Source: an uncultured Candidatus Rokubacteria bacterium (lineage in GTDB: Bacteria; Methylomirabilota; Methylomirabilia; Rokubacteriales; CSP1-6). From it: a DNA stretch of 64,000 nucleotides. The DNA is taken from positions 32,001 through 96,000 of the forward strand of contig CAVXJS010000021.1 of NCBI GenBank assembly GCA_963762145.1. Direction: 5' to 3'. Positions 1 to 9,969 of the stretch are shown here, one piece after another. The number at the start of each line of letters is the position of its first letter. The stretch's first letter is position 1. Made by a program: the position numbers and the translations under genes. The notes below the pieces were generated by a model. The model saw only the letters and a program-made list of their open reading frames with translations, was not told the DNA's origin and did not search any database.

Positions 1-240
1 CGACGAGCTTGGCTTCCCGGAGCGAGACCAGCGTCGGCCTGAACCTGACCGCGTGGCTCGCGAGGTCGTCCACCGCCGCTTCGATCTCCTTCTCGAGCGC
101 CGCCTTGTCCCGGGTCTGGTTCGCCGGGATCCAGGTGAGTGCCTCGATGACGTAGGCGCCGGCGGGGCCGGCCGTCGTCAGCAGGCCGAGGCCGAGAACC
201 GCCACGGGACGATGGCAGCCTTTTGTCGTACCTCACTCAT
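1..240 (-). CDS. Small exported hypothetical protein (runs off the window start; one frameshift in the signal peptide)
   Basis: GGAGG then ATG at 240 (MSEVRQKAAIV). After a frameshift near 205 it reads VAVLGLGLLTTAGPAGA|YVIEALTWIPANQTRDKAALEKEIEAAVDDLASHAVRFRPTLV, a signal peptide with an A-x-A site. Not in the ORF track. Confidence 0.6.
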
Positions 241-347
241 GGATGACCTCCGGAGATGTGGGGTGGTGCTCGTTTCTGCTAGGACGAACCGCAGGGCACC
301 CGCGCGTTGTCGGTGCGGCTTTCCGCAAGAACTCGACAGCGAGGAGG

Positions 348-1046
348 CTAGAAGCGGGGCTCCCGGTGACGCACGAGCCCGTTGACCACGACCGCCACCA
401 CACAGACGAAGGGCAGCCAGGCCAGCAGGGAGGACGATCGCGCCTGAAGCACGGTGCCGATCAGCGCCCCCGCGCCGTACACGAGGAAGACCGACGCCAG
501 GAGTCGCAAATGCCGCGTGGCCGAGCCGGTCACGAGCTCGGCCATCAGGCTGGTGAGCGTGCCCGTGATGTAGGTGGACGCGACCCCCGGGACCCCCAGA
601 TGCCGGACCGCCGCCGCCTGGATCCCCATCGCGAGCCCCGACAGCGCGATCAGCACGAGGATCACCGGGTCGTCGGAGGGGGCCGCGGCGCCCTTGACCC
701 GCCACATCAGCGCGAAGATACCCAGCGCCACCGCCTCGATCGCCAGCGTGGCCGTCACGATCGACGGCCATTCACCCCGCGCGCGCCCACGCTGGAGCAC
801 CATCGCCCCGCCGGCCGCGCCCACGCTGAAGGCCACGAGGGCGAGGGTGGACCGGAGCGCGGCCATGACCTCGCCCTGACCGATCGCGAGGGCCAGCAGC
901 ACCGTGTTCCCGGTCATCATCGCGGTGAACACGTGGCCCATCTCCAGATAGCTGATCGCGTCCACGAGCCCGGCCGCGGCCGTGAGCACGAGCAGCATGA
1001 TGTCGCGGCTCGCGATCCGCTCGGGGAGCGGCTCGATCACGGTCAT
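348..1046 (-). CDS. YoaK/DUF1275 family membrane protein
   Basis: 232 aa with multiple TM segments; motifs AGLVDAISY, FTAMMTGNTV, AMGIQ, TYITGTLT. Confidence 0.9.
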   Translation of the reverse strand: MTVIEPLPERIASRDIMLLVLTAAAGLVDAISYLEMGHVFTAMMTGNTVLLALAIGQGEVMAALRSTLALVAFSVGAAGGAMVLQRGRARGEWPSIVTATLAIEAVALGIFALMWRVKGAAAPSDDPVILVLIALSGLAMGIQAAAVRHLGVPGVASTYITGTLTSLMAELVTGSATRHLRLLASVFLVYGAGALIGTVLQARSSSLLAWLPFVCVVAVVVNGLVRHREPRF

Positions 1047-1108
1047 CCTGTCACTCTACTCTCTCTCACCCGGATCGCTCTAGATCGGCGTGATATCGTC
1101 CTCCTGGT

Positions 1109-1748
1109 ATGGAGTCGACGGCGCCGGTCATCTTCGTCGTCGACGACGACAAGGCCGTCCGCGACTCCCTCCGGCGACTCCTGACCTCGGTGGGGCTGAC
1201 GCGTCGAGGTCTTCCCGACCGCGCAGGCGTTTCTGAGCAGCCCGCGGCCCGACACGCCGGGATGCCTCGTGCTCGACGTGCGCCTCCCGGGGCTGAGCGG
1301 CCTCGATCTTCAGCGCGAGCTGGCCGGCACCGACGCGCCGCTGCCGATCGTCTTCATCACCGGCCACGGCGACATCCCCATGTCGGTCCGGGCCATGAAG
1401 GCCGGGGCGGTCGAGTTCCTGACCAAGCCGTTTCGCGAGCAGGAGCTGCTCGAAGCCATCCGGCAGGCGATCGAGCGCGATCGCGTCGGCCGACAGGAGC
1501 GGCAGGAGCTCGCCGAGCTGCGCCGCCGCTACGACTACCCTGACCCCGCGCGAGCGGGAGGTGATGGCCGGCGTCGTCGCCGGCCTGCTCAACAAGCAGA
1601 TCGCCGGCCGAGTTCGGGACCAGCGAGGCCACCGTCAAGGAGCAGCGCGGTCAGGTGATGCACGAAGATGCGGGCCGGGTCGGTGGCCGAGCTGGTCCGG
1701 ATCGCGGCGCGCCTCGGCATCACGCCGTCGCGCGCGGGGAGCGCGTGA
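1109..1748 (+). CDS. FixJ/NodW-type response regulator (REC + LuxR HTH), frameshifted
   Basis: Pieces in successive frames: [15 protein letters not shown]; [41 protein letters not shown]; [16 protein letters not shown]; SVAELVR. Stop at 1748. Confidence 0.85.
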
Positions 1749-3339
1749 ATGGCCGATCGCGCCGGCTCCGACGCGCCGCCTCGCCGCTCTCGCTCCGATG
1801 GGCGCTGGCGGTGGTCAGCGTCAGGGTGGCCGCCGCGCTCACCACCGGCCCGCGGGGCAGCGCAGCTCTTTCCCGAGCCGCCGGAGCGCTTCGTCCACGG
1901 CGTCACCCTGCTCTACGCGGCAGCCGTGCTGAGTGCCTGGCTCGGCGGGATCGGGCCGGGGCTGCTCGCGGCCCTCCTCGCCGCGCTCGTGGTGGACTGG
2001 TTCATCACCCCCCCGCTCTACGCGATCACGTTCGACCTCGACTTCATCCTGCGCATCGCCGTCTTCGCGCTGTCGGCCCTTCTCGTCGGCTGGCTGGGCT
2101 CCCGTCGCCGCCGCATGGAGGATGCGCTCCGGTATTCACGCGACGAGCTCGAGCTCCGGGTCCAGGCGAGGACCGCGGACCTCACGGACAGCAACGCGCG
2201 ACTGCAGGCCGAGATCACGGCCCGGGCGCGCGTGGAAGAGACGCTCCGGGATCAGGCCGCGCTGCTCGATCTGACCCACGACACCGTCTTCGTCCGCGAC
2301 GAGCAGGACGTCATCACCTACTGGAACCGCGGCGCGGAGCAGCTCTACGGGTGGACGAAGGCGGAGGCGATCGGCACGGTGGCGCACACCCGGATGCGGA
2401 CGGTCTTCCCCGCCCCGCTCCCCGACATCATGGCCGAGCTGACGCGCACCGGGCGCTGGGAAGGCGAGCTCGTCCACACGCGGCGCGACGGGACGCCGGT
2501 CGTGGTGGCCAGCCGCTGGTCCCTGCGGCGCGGCGCGCCCGGGCGGGCCCCGGCGATCCTCGAGACGAACAACGACATCACCGAGCGCAAGCAGGCCGAG
2601 GACGCCCTGCACCAGGCCAGACCGAGCTCGCGCGCGTGACCCGCGTGACGACGCTGGGCGAGCTGGCCGCCTCGATCGCGCACGAGATCAACCAGCCCCT
2701 CGCCGCCATCGTCGCCGACGCGAGCGCCTGCCTGCACTGGCTCGACGCCGACCCGCCCGCGCTCGGCCAGGTCCGCGGGCGCCCTCGCCGCCATCGTGGA
2801 CGACGGAGACCGCGCGGCGGAAGTTCTCACCCGGATCCGCGCCCTGCTGGCCCGCTCGGCGGTGGCCCGGCGACCGTGGCCGATCGGCGCAGATCATCGC
2901 CGACGTGCTGCCCCTCGTCCGCGCCGAGCTCCGACGGCACGCGATCGCGCTCGAGGTGTCTCTGGCCGCGGACCTGCCCCCGGTGCTGGCCGATCGCATC
3001 CAGCTCCAGCAGGTGCTCATCAACCTGCTCGTCAACGCGGCCGAGGCCATGCGCGACGTCCCGGCCCGCGCGGCGACGGCTCGTCGTCCGCGCGCGCGGC
3101 CGAGGCCATCGACGGTCACGCCTGGGCAGTCGTCACGGTCGAGGACGCGGGCGTCGGGCCTCGGGGAGCTCGAGGCCGATCGCCTCTTCGAGCCGTTCTT
3201 CACGACGAAGCCGGGCGGCCTCGGCATGGGCCTCTCCATCAGCCGCTCGATCGTCGAGAGCCACGGCGGTCGCCTCTGGGCCACCGCGAACCCGGAGCAC
3301 GGCGCGACGTTCCACCTCGCGCTGCCGGGCGGCGCCTGA
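1749..3339 (+). CDS. Membrane PAS sensor histidine kinase (FixL/NodV-like), frameshifted
   Basis: N-terminal TM region, PAS/PAC ([22 protein letters not shown]), H-box [15 protein letters not shown]-box [13 protein letters not shown]2 box [19 protein letters not shown]. Confidence 0.85.
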
Positions 3340-3378
3340 TCCACGCCCCCGCTGCCCGCGGCCCGAAGACCGCAGACT

Positions 3379-3753
3379 TTACTTGGGCGCGAGGACCGGT
3401 GGGCTGTTGAGCGAGTCCGGCGTGGATCGACCGGATCTCGATCCGACCGCTCCGCTCGGGTCGGGGACCGGCCCACCCCGGTACGGCGTGAGCCGCCTGT
3501 TCGCCTCGCCGATGCGGCGATACTCGTCGTCGCGCTGCTTCGTCTTCCGCGCCTCTTCACTCAACCCGGGCTTGCCGGCGCCGGTCGGCCCGATCCAGAC
3601 CGCCGCGTCCCGGTACACCGCGGGAACGTCCACCTTGTACTGCGTGGTCTTGGTGACGCCCTTGGCGTCGACGTACTGGTACTGGGCGGCCGCCTGCCCA
3701 CAGGAGAGCAAGAGGCTCGCGCCGAGTCCTACCGTCAAGACGAGCGTTCTCAT
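3379..3753 (-). CDS. Small exported protein (DUF4124-like N-terminus)
   Basis: GAGGAG RBS and ATG at 3753; signal peptide [23 protein letters not shown] followed by [16 protein letters not shown]. Confidence 0.65.
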   Translation of the reverse strand: MRTLVLTVGLGASLLLSCGQAAAQYQYVDAKGVTKTTQYKVDVPAVYRDAAVWIGPTGAGKPGLSEEARKTKQRDDEYRRIGEANRRLTPYRGGPVPDPSGAVGSRSGRSTPDSLNSPPVLAPK

Positions 3754-3799
3754 GGTGGTCTTCTCCTCGGGCAGATCGATCCGGGTGATGGAGGACGCA

Positions 3800-3814
3800 G
3801 CAATTCCAGGGCCA
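3800..3814 (-). promoter_or_regulatory. sigma54 (-24/-12) type promoter
   Basis: TGGCCCTGGAATTGC on the minus strand, exact GG-N10-GC spacing, about 47 nt upstream of the 3753 start. Confidence 0.6.
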
Positions 3815-3925
3815 CCGGACAGCGACATACAATCGGTCGCTTGCGCGGCCGTGGTGTCGACCGGCTGACGCCCGCGGTCACGACACTGACCGCCCAGGGC
3901 ACGCAGCGCGCAGCGCCGCCGCGGC

Positions 3926-3954
3926 TTGCGCCCCATTGGGCGAGAGATGATAAT
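3926..3954 (+). promoter_or_regulatory. sigma70-type promoter, probably leaderless
   Basis: TTGCGC-17 nt-GATAAT, then 7 nt to ATG 3962; no SD. Confidence 0.5.
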
Positions 3955-3961
3955 CCCCCGC

Positions 3962-4873
3962 ATGGCGAAGTGGCGGGTGTGCCCGGACGAGGAGCCGTCC
4001 AAGGCGGCGGCGGCGCTGGCGGACCAGGTCGAGCGCGACGGCGGCACGGTGCTCGCCATCTATCGCGAGCCGGTGGGCGATCACTGGCAGATCTTCTGCC
4101 TGCTGCCGCTCGAGAAGGTGGAGCCCACGCCCTACCAGCGCGACCTCTCGCCCACCCACGCCAAGCGGCTGCAGGAGGTGGTCAAGAAGATCGACCGCTT
4201 CGTGGATCCGATCGGTGGTCATGTCGCCGCAGGCCCGGCGTCTACTGGACGCCCAACGGCCACCACCGGCGCACGGCGCTGAGAAGCTCAAGGCAAGGTC
4301 GTGCCCGGCCATCCTGATCCCCGAGCCGGAGGTGGCCTTCCAGATCCTCGCCCTCAACACCGAGAAGGCGCACAACCTCAAGGAGAAGTCGCTCGAGGTG
4401 ATCCGCATGTACCGCGGCCTCGCCGAGGAGCAGCCGCAGTCGGGCGAGGAGGACTACGCCTTCCAGTTCGAGGCGCCCGCACTTCATCACGCTGGGCCTG
4501 CTCTACGAGGAGAACAAGCGCTTCGCGGGCGGCGCCTTCGCGCCGATCCTGCGGCGGGTGGACAAGTTCCTGAAGGGCCGCTTCGCGAAGACGCTCGGCC
4601 GAGCGCGAGGAGCGCGCGGCGCTGGTGCGCGACGCCGACGAGGCGCTCGTCGGGGCGGTCGCCGCGCTCAAGAAGCGCGGGATCAACCATCCCTACGTGA
4701 AGAACTACGTGCTCGCGCGCACCACGCCGCTGACGCGCGCGCGCAAGACGCTGCCCTCCTTCGAGCAGACCTTCACGAAGCTCGTCGAGAACATCGAGGC
4801 CTTCGACGTCGCCAAGGTGCGCTACGAGGACGTCCAGCGCTCCGCCATCATGGGCGCGCCCGCGGCGGGCTAG
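3962..4873 (+). CDS. ParB/Srx N-terminal-domain protein, frameshifted
   Basis: VEPTPYQRDLS..RFVDPI(VV)..YWTPNGHHRRTAL (ParB/Srx GxxR motif)..ILALNTEKAHNLKEKSLEVIRMY; several single-base shifts between about 4210 and 4605. Confidence 0.75.
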
Positions 4874-4882
4874 GCCCTCGCC

Positions 4883-5194
4883 ATGCCCCGGCCCGCCAAG
4901 CTCGCCGACGCGGAGGTGACGCAGCGCCTGGCCGCTCTGCCCGGGTGGCGGCTCGAGGGCGGCAAGCTTCACCGCGAGCTCACCTTCGCGGACTTCACGC
5001 AGGCCTTCGCCTTCATGACCGACGTGGCCCGCGAGGCGGACGGGCTCGATCATCATCCGGAGTGGTTCAACGTGTACAACCGCGTGGTCATCGATCTCGC
5101 CACCCACGACGCCGCGGGCATCACCACCCTCGACTTCGAGCTGGCCCGGCGGGTCGAGGAGCTGGCCGCCGGCCGCGCCCGGCCCGCGCCGTGA
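4883..5194 (+). CDS. phhB: Pterin-4a-carbinolamine dehydratase
   Basis: DHHPEWFNVYNRV..THDAAGITTLD signature. Confidence 0.92.
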   Translation: MPRPAKLADAEVTQRLAALPGWRLEGGKLHRELTFADFTQAFAFMTDVAREADGLDHHPEWFNVYNRVVIDLATHDAAGITTLDFELARRVEELAAGRARPAP

Positions 5195-5886
5195 CCGGCC
5201 GCGTCGCGGTCGTGACCGGGGGTACCGGCGCGCTGGGCCAGGCGATCACCACCAACCTGCTCGAGGCCGGCGGGACGGTGGCCATTCCCTACGCGGTGCC
5301 CGAGGAGCTCGCCGGGCTCGAATCGCGTCTGGCCCCCGAGCTGCGCGCGCGCCTGCTCGCCCTGCCCGCCGACGTCACGCGCGAGGACGCGATGGGCAAG
5401 TTCGTCCACGCGGTGCGCGACCGGCACGACCGGGTCGACGGCCTCGTCAACGCGGTGGGCGGCTTCGCGGGGGGCGACCTCCTCTCCACATCCATGGCGG
5501 AGTGGGAGCGCATGATGGCGCTCAACCTCACCTCCGCCGTCATCGCCTGCCGGGCGGTGCTGCCGGCCATGATCGCGGGGGGTGGTGGCCGCGTCGTCAA
5601 CATCGCCTCGCGCGCGGTGCTGGCCCCGCAGGGCGGCTTCATCGCCTACACCGTGTCCAAGGCGGGCATGATCACGCTCACCCAGGCGCTCGCCCAGGAG
5701 ATGAAGAAGCACCGGATCACCGTCAACGCGGTGCTCCCGAGCACGATGGACACGCCGGGCAATCGCCTCGCCATGCCCGACGCGGATCGCTCCGAGTGGG
5801 TCCGCACCGAGGACGTCGCCCACGTGGTGGCCTTCCTGCTCTCCGAGCGGGCCGCCGCGGTCACCGGCGCTTCCCTGACCGTCTGA
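5191..5886 (+). CDS. SDR oxidoreductase, dihydropteridine reductase (QDPR)-like
   Basis: GTG start overlapping the phhB stop; TGGTGALG, VGGFAGG, YTVSK, LPSTMDTPGNRLAMPDADRSEW. Confidence 0.8.
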   Translation: MTGRVAVVTGGTGALGQAITTNLLEAGGTVAIPYAVPEELAGLESRLAPELRARLLALPADVTREDAMGKFVHAVRDRHDRVDGLVNAVGGFAGGDLLSTSMAEWERMMALNLTSAVIACRAVLPAMIAGGGGRVVNIASRAVLAPQGGFIAYTVSKAGMITLTQALAQEMKKHRITVNAVLPSTMDTPGNRLAMPDADRSEWVRTEDVAHVVAFLLSERAAAVTGASLTV

Positions 5887-5899
5887 CCCGGGTCGCGGG

Positions 5900-7300
5900 A
5901 TGGAGACCTTCGATCTCGTCGTGATCGGAGCCGGCGCGGCCGGCCTCAGCGCGGCCCGGACCGCGGCCGGGCTCGGCGCCCGGGTCGTGCTCGCCGACCG
6001 CGGCCCGCTCGGCGGGCTCTGCGTCAACCGCGGGTGCGTCCCGAAGAAGGCCCTGGTCGCCGCGGGGCGTGTGCACCGGCAGGTGCGCGAGGCGGGCGCC
6101 CTCGGCACGTTCACCGGGCCGGTCCGGCTCGACTGGGAAGCGGTGCAGAACCGCCAGAACGAGATCGTGGACGCGCATCGTCCCGCCTTCGCCGACCTCG
6201 AGAAGCGCGGCATCCGGGTGATGATCGGCGAGACCCGCTTCACCGACCCGCACGTCGTCGAGGTGAACGGCCGGCCGCTCGGCGCCGAGCGCTTCGTCAT
6301 CGCGGCGGGCTCGCAGCCGGTCATCCCCGAGGTCCCCGGCCGCGAGCTGCTCATCACCTCGGACCAGCTCCTCTACCTGACCGAGTTCCCGGCGTCGCTC
6401 ACCTTCATCGGCGCGGGGCCGGTGGCGCTCGAGCTGGCGGGGGCCTTCAACGACTTCGGCACCCGCGTCACGGTGCTCGCCCGCGACGCCGAGATCCTGC
6501 CCGGCCTCGACGCGGACGTGGCCCGGAACCTGCGCAAGCGCATGGAGGAGCGCGGGGTGACGTTCCGGCTGCAGACCGCGGTGACGGGGCTGGCGCGCGC
6601 GTCGGACGGCGTGCGCATCGCCTTCTACAGCGCCGGAATGGCGAACGAGATGACGAGCCGCCAGGTGTGCGCCGCGGTGGGCCGCCGCTTTTACCCGCGG
6701 ACCATCGGCGCCGCCCGGATCGGCCTCGAGATGGGACGCTTCGGCCTGCGCACGAACGCGCACCTCGCCACCTCGGTTCCGCACATGTACGCGGCGGGCG
6801 ACGCGGCGGGCAACCGGCAGCTCAGCACGGTGGCCGCCCACGAGGGGCACATCGCCGCGATCAACGCCCTGCGCGGCGACCTCGAGCGGGCCGACGAAGC
6901 GGTGATCCCCCAGGTTCTCTCCACCACCCCCGAGGTCGGTCTGGTGGGCGTGGCCTACGGCGAGGCGCCCGCCCACGGCATCCACGGCGCGGTGGCGCGC
7001 CACGACGCGCGGAACAGCAGCTACAGCCTGGTCACCGGCGAGGGCGCGGGCTACTTCAAGCTCGTCCTCGACCAGGACTCGCAGCGCCTCGTCGGGGCCC
7101 AGATGGTCTCGCCCGCCGCGGAGGAGCTGATCCAGCTCTGCGCCCTCGCCATCCGCGCGCGCGTGCCCGCGTCTCTCCTGGCGTCGCAGATCTCGGTGCA
7201 CCCGAGCCGGACCGACCACCTGCTCCGGGCCTTCGCGCCCGACCCGAGCGCGGTTCCGCGGCCCGTCGAAGGCTCCGGCATAGTAGAATCGCGTCCGTGA
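5900..7300 (+). CDS. Class I flavoprotein disulfide oxidoreductase (GR/LpdA/MerA family)
   Basis: GAGAAG FAD motif, redox GGLCVNRGCVPKK, GAGPVALE, YAAGD, C-terminal HPS. Confidence 0.88.
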   Translation: METFDLVVIGAGAAGLSAARTAAGLGARVVLADRGPLGGLCVNRGCVPKKALVAAGRVHRQVREAGALGTFTGPVRLDWEAVQNRQNEIVDAHRPAFADLEKRGIRVMIGETRFTDPHVVEVNGRPLGAERFVIAAGSQPVIPEVPGRELLITSDQLLYLTEFPASLTFIGAGPVALELAGAFNDFGTRVTVLARDAEILPGLDADVARNLRKRMEERGVTFRLQTAVTGLARASDGVRIAFYSAGMANEMTSRQVCAAVGRRFYPRTIGAARIGLEMGRFGLRTNAHLATSVPHMYAAGDAAGNRQLSTVAAHEGHIAAINALRGDLERADEAVIPQVLSTTPEVGLVGVAYGEAPAHGIHGAVARHDARNSSYSLVTGEGAGYFKLVLDQDSQRLVGAQMVSPAAEELIQLCALAIRARVPASLLASQISVHPSRTDHLLRAFAPDPSAVPRPVEGSGIVESRP

Positions 7301-8661
7301 CCCGACCCGCCACGCGGCGCGCGGTGCCGTGGCTCGCCGTGGCCCTGCTCGTCTCCGCGTGCGCCGGATCCGGCGCGCGCTCTGCGTCGCCCGCCCCCGC
7401 CGCGGCCCAGGCCGAGCTGCCCCCGCCGTCGCGTCAGGTGCTGCGCAACGGGATGCGGCTCATCGTGCAGGACCACCGCGCCTCCGACATCGTGGCGATC
7501 TACCTCTTCGTGGGCGTCGGGGTGCGCTACGAGGCGCCCGACCAGCTCGGCTACGCCCACTTCCAGGAGCACATGCTCTTCAAGGGCACCGACCGCTTCG
7601 GCCCGGGCTACGTGGACCGCACGGTGGAAGGCGTGGGGGGCCGCTCGAACGCGGTGACCTCGTTCGACTACACCTCGTTCTACCTCGTGCTCCCGAGCGA
7701 CGCGACCGCGTCGGGCATCGAGCTCCTGGCCGACATGGCGTTCCGCTCCAGCTTCCTCCCGGAGGAGATCGGTCGTGAGCGCGAGGTCATCTTCGAAGAG
7801 GCGCGCATCGAGCAGGACAATCCGCGCTCCGCGATCGTGCGCCAGCTCTACGGCCTGGTCTTCGCGGGCAATCCCTACGGGCGGCCGGTGCTGGGCACCC
7901 GCGAGACGATGCAGGCCGCCACCCAGGAGCGGCTGCGCGCCTTCAACCGCCGCTACTACGTTCCCGAGAACATGACGCTGGTCGTCGCGGGGCCGGTGGA
8001 TCCGGTCGCGGTGCGCGGCATCGTGGACCGCACGTTCGGCCGCGCGCCGGCCACCGGCTACAAGCCGACCCCGGCGCCCGCGCCCGCGCCGCTCCGGGGC
8101 GAGGTGCGCCGCACCGTGGAGCGGGACGAGCAGCAGGCCCACCTCGCGCTCGGCTGGACGGCCCCCCGCTCGGACGACGCGGGCGGCGACGCGGTGGATC
8201 TGCTCGCCACGATCCTCGCCGGCACCGAGAGCTCCCGGCTGGCCCTGCGGCTGCGCGACAAGGAGCGCCTGGTCTCCTCGGTGACCATGAGCTACGCCGC
8301 GCTGATGGGCGGCGGCATCGTGAGTCTGCGGGCGGAGCTCGAGGCCAAGGACCTCGAGCGAGTGGAGCACGTCATCCGGGAGGAGATCGCGCGGATCCAG
8401 GAAAGCGGGCCCACCGAAGAGGAGCGCCGGCTCGCGGTCACCAAGTTCGAGGCGCAGCACGCCTTCGACACCGAGACCTCCGAGGGCCTGGCCTACGCCT
8501 ACGGGCTCGCGGAGACCACCTGGACGCTCGAGGCGGAGCTGCGCTACGTGGACCGGCTCCGGCGCGTCACCCGCGAGCAGATCCGGGATGCGGCGCGCCG
8601 GTATCTCTCGCGCACCGACTACGCGCGGCTGGCCTTCGTGCCGAAGCCCGGAACGCGATGA
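7297..8661 (+). CDS. M16 zinc peptidase, catalytic subunit, lipoprotein
   Basis: GTG at 7297; lipobox-like LVSAC; HFQEHMLFKGT (HxxEH); downstream EREVIFEE. Confidence 0.88.
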   Translation: MTRPATRRAVPWLAVALLVSACAGSGARSASPAPAAAQAELPPPSRQVLRNGMRLIVQDHRASDIVAIYLFVGVGVRYEAPDQLGYAHFQEHMLFKGTDRFGPGYVDRTVEGVGGRSNAVTSFDYTSFYLVLPSDATASGIELLADMAFRSSFLPEEIGREREVIFEEARIEQDNPRSAIVRQLYGLVFAGNPYGRPVLGTRETMQAATQERLRAFNRRYYVPENMTLVVAGPVDPVAVRGIVDRTFGRAPATGYKPTPAPAPAPLRGEVRRTVERDEQQAHLALGWTAPRSDDAGGDAVDLLATILAGTESSRLALRLRDKERLVSSVTMSYAALMGGGIVSLRAELEAKDLERVEHVIREEIARIQESGPTEEERRLAVTKFEAQHAFDTETSEGLAYAYGLAETTWTLEAELRYVDRLRRVTREQIRDAARRYLSRTDYARLAFVPKPGTR

Positions 8662-9958
8662 TGCGCCCGCGCGCGCTCCTGCTGGCCGGCCTCCTCGCGC
8701 TGCTCGCCGCGCCCGCGTGGGCCCAGAGCCCCGCGGTCAGCCGGGCGCGACTGCCCAACGGCCTGACGGTGCTGGTGCGCGAGAACCCGACCGCACCGGT
8801 GGTCGGCATCTCGCTGATGGTCCGCATGGGCACGCGCTGGGAGACCGCCGACAACGCGGGCATCTCCAACCTGGTCCAGCTCATGATCATCCGCGGCACC
8901 ACCACGCGCGACGGCGGCCAGATCGTCGCAGCGGCCGACGCGATGGGCGGCAGCCTCGAGGCCACCGGCGACGTTGACTTCTCGGAGGTCGCGGCCACCG
9001 CGCTCTCGCGCCACTGGGTGGAGATGCTCGAGCTGGTGGCCGACGTGGCGCTCCGTCCCGTCATGCCGGCCGGCGTGGTGACCGCGGTGCGCGACTTCCT
9101 CCTACGCCAGGTGCGCAATCGCGGGGACAAGCCCTCGGACGTCGCCCTCGACGCGCTCACCGGCCGGATCTTCGGCCGCCACCCCTACGCGTGGGATCCG
9201 ATCGGCCGCAAGGAGAGCCTGGAGCGGCTCGACCGCGACGCGCTGCTCGCACACTACAAACGGCACTACGTGCCGGGTGGCCTGGTGCTCGCGGTGAGCG
9301 GCCGCGTGAAGACGCCCGAGGTCATGGCGCAGGCCACGCGGCTCTTCGGACCGCTGCCGGCGGGCGCCGCGCCGACCGCGGCCCCGTCGCCTCCCCCGCC
9401 CCGGCCCCCTGGCGTGAGGTGCGCGTGGTGCCCGGCGCCCAGGCGCAGATCCTGATGGGCGCGCTGGCGCCCGCGCTCACCGACCCGGACTATCCGGCGG
9501 TCAAGGTGCTGACCACCGTGCTGGGCGGCGGTATGGCGGGCCGTTTCTTCTCGGAGCTACGGGACAAGCAGGGGCTCGCCTACACGACGGCGGCCCGGTA
9601 CCCGGCACGCGTGGACCGCAGCTACTTCATGGCCCAGCTCGGCACCGCGCCGGAGAACGTGGCGCGGGCGGAGGCGGCGCTGCGGGCCCAGCTCGAGCGG
9701 GTGCAGCGCGAGCACGTGTCGGACGAGGAGCTACGGGTGGCCAAGGCGTACCTGCTGGGGAATCTCGCGATGGACCGTCGCACGAACGCGCGCCAGGCGT
9801 GGTACCTGGCGGCCTACGAGGAATCCGGGGTCGGCTACGAGTTCCTGGATCGCTACGTGACGGCGGTGCGCGCGGTGACCGCCGCCGACGTGCAGCGGGT
9901 GGGCCAGCGGTATCTGGGCGTCCTGCGCACCGTCATCGTCCAGCCCACTGCACCCTGA
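8658..9958 (+). CDS. M16 peptidase non-catalytic partner subunit, one frameshift near 9400
   Basis: Signal peptide, LPNGLTV, HxxEH absent; C-terminal half RFFSELRDKQGLAY (R/Y pair) in another frame after a C-rich run. Confidence 0.85.
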
Positions 9959-9969
9959 GGCGGGTCGCC

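Noticed and set aside
3962-4873. Chromosome or plasmid partition locus
   Set aside because: No parA and no parS palindrome were seen; the neighbours are metabolic genes.
5900-7300. Mercuric reductase merA
   Set aside because: No C-terminal Cys-Cys, no NmerA domain and no mer operon genes.
6034-8661. 875-aa M16 fusion
   Set aside because: The N-terminal half is an off-frame read of the oxidoreductase; the start is GTG 7297.
9380-9420. Programmed frameshift in the M16 partner subunit
   Set aside because: The shift falls in C-homopolymer runs of a Pro-rich linker, typical of long-read error; no slippery heptamer is evident.
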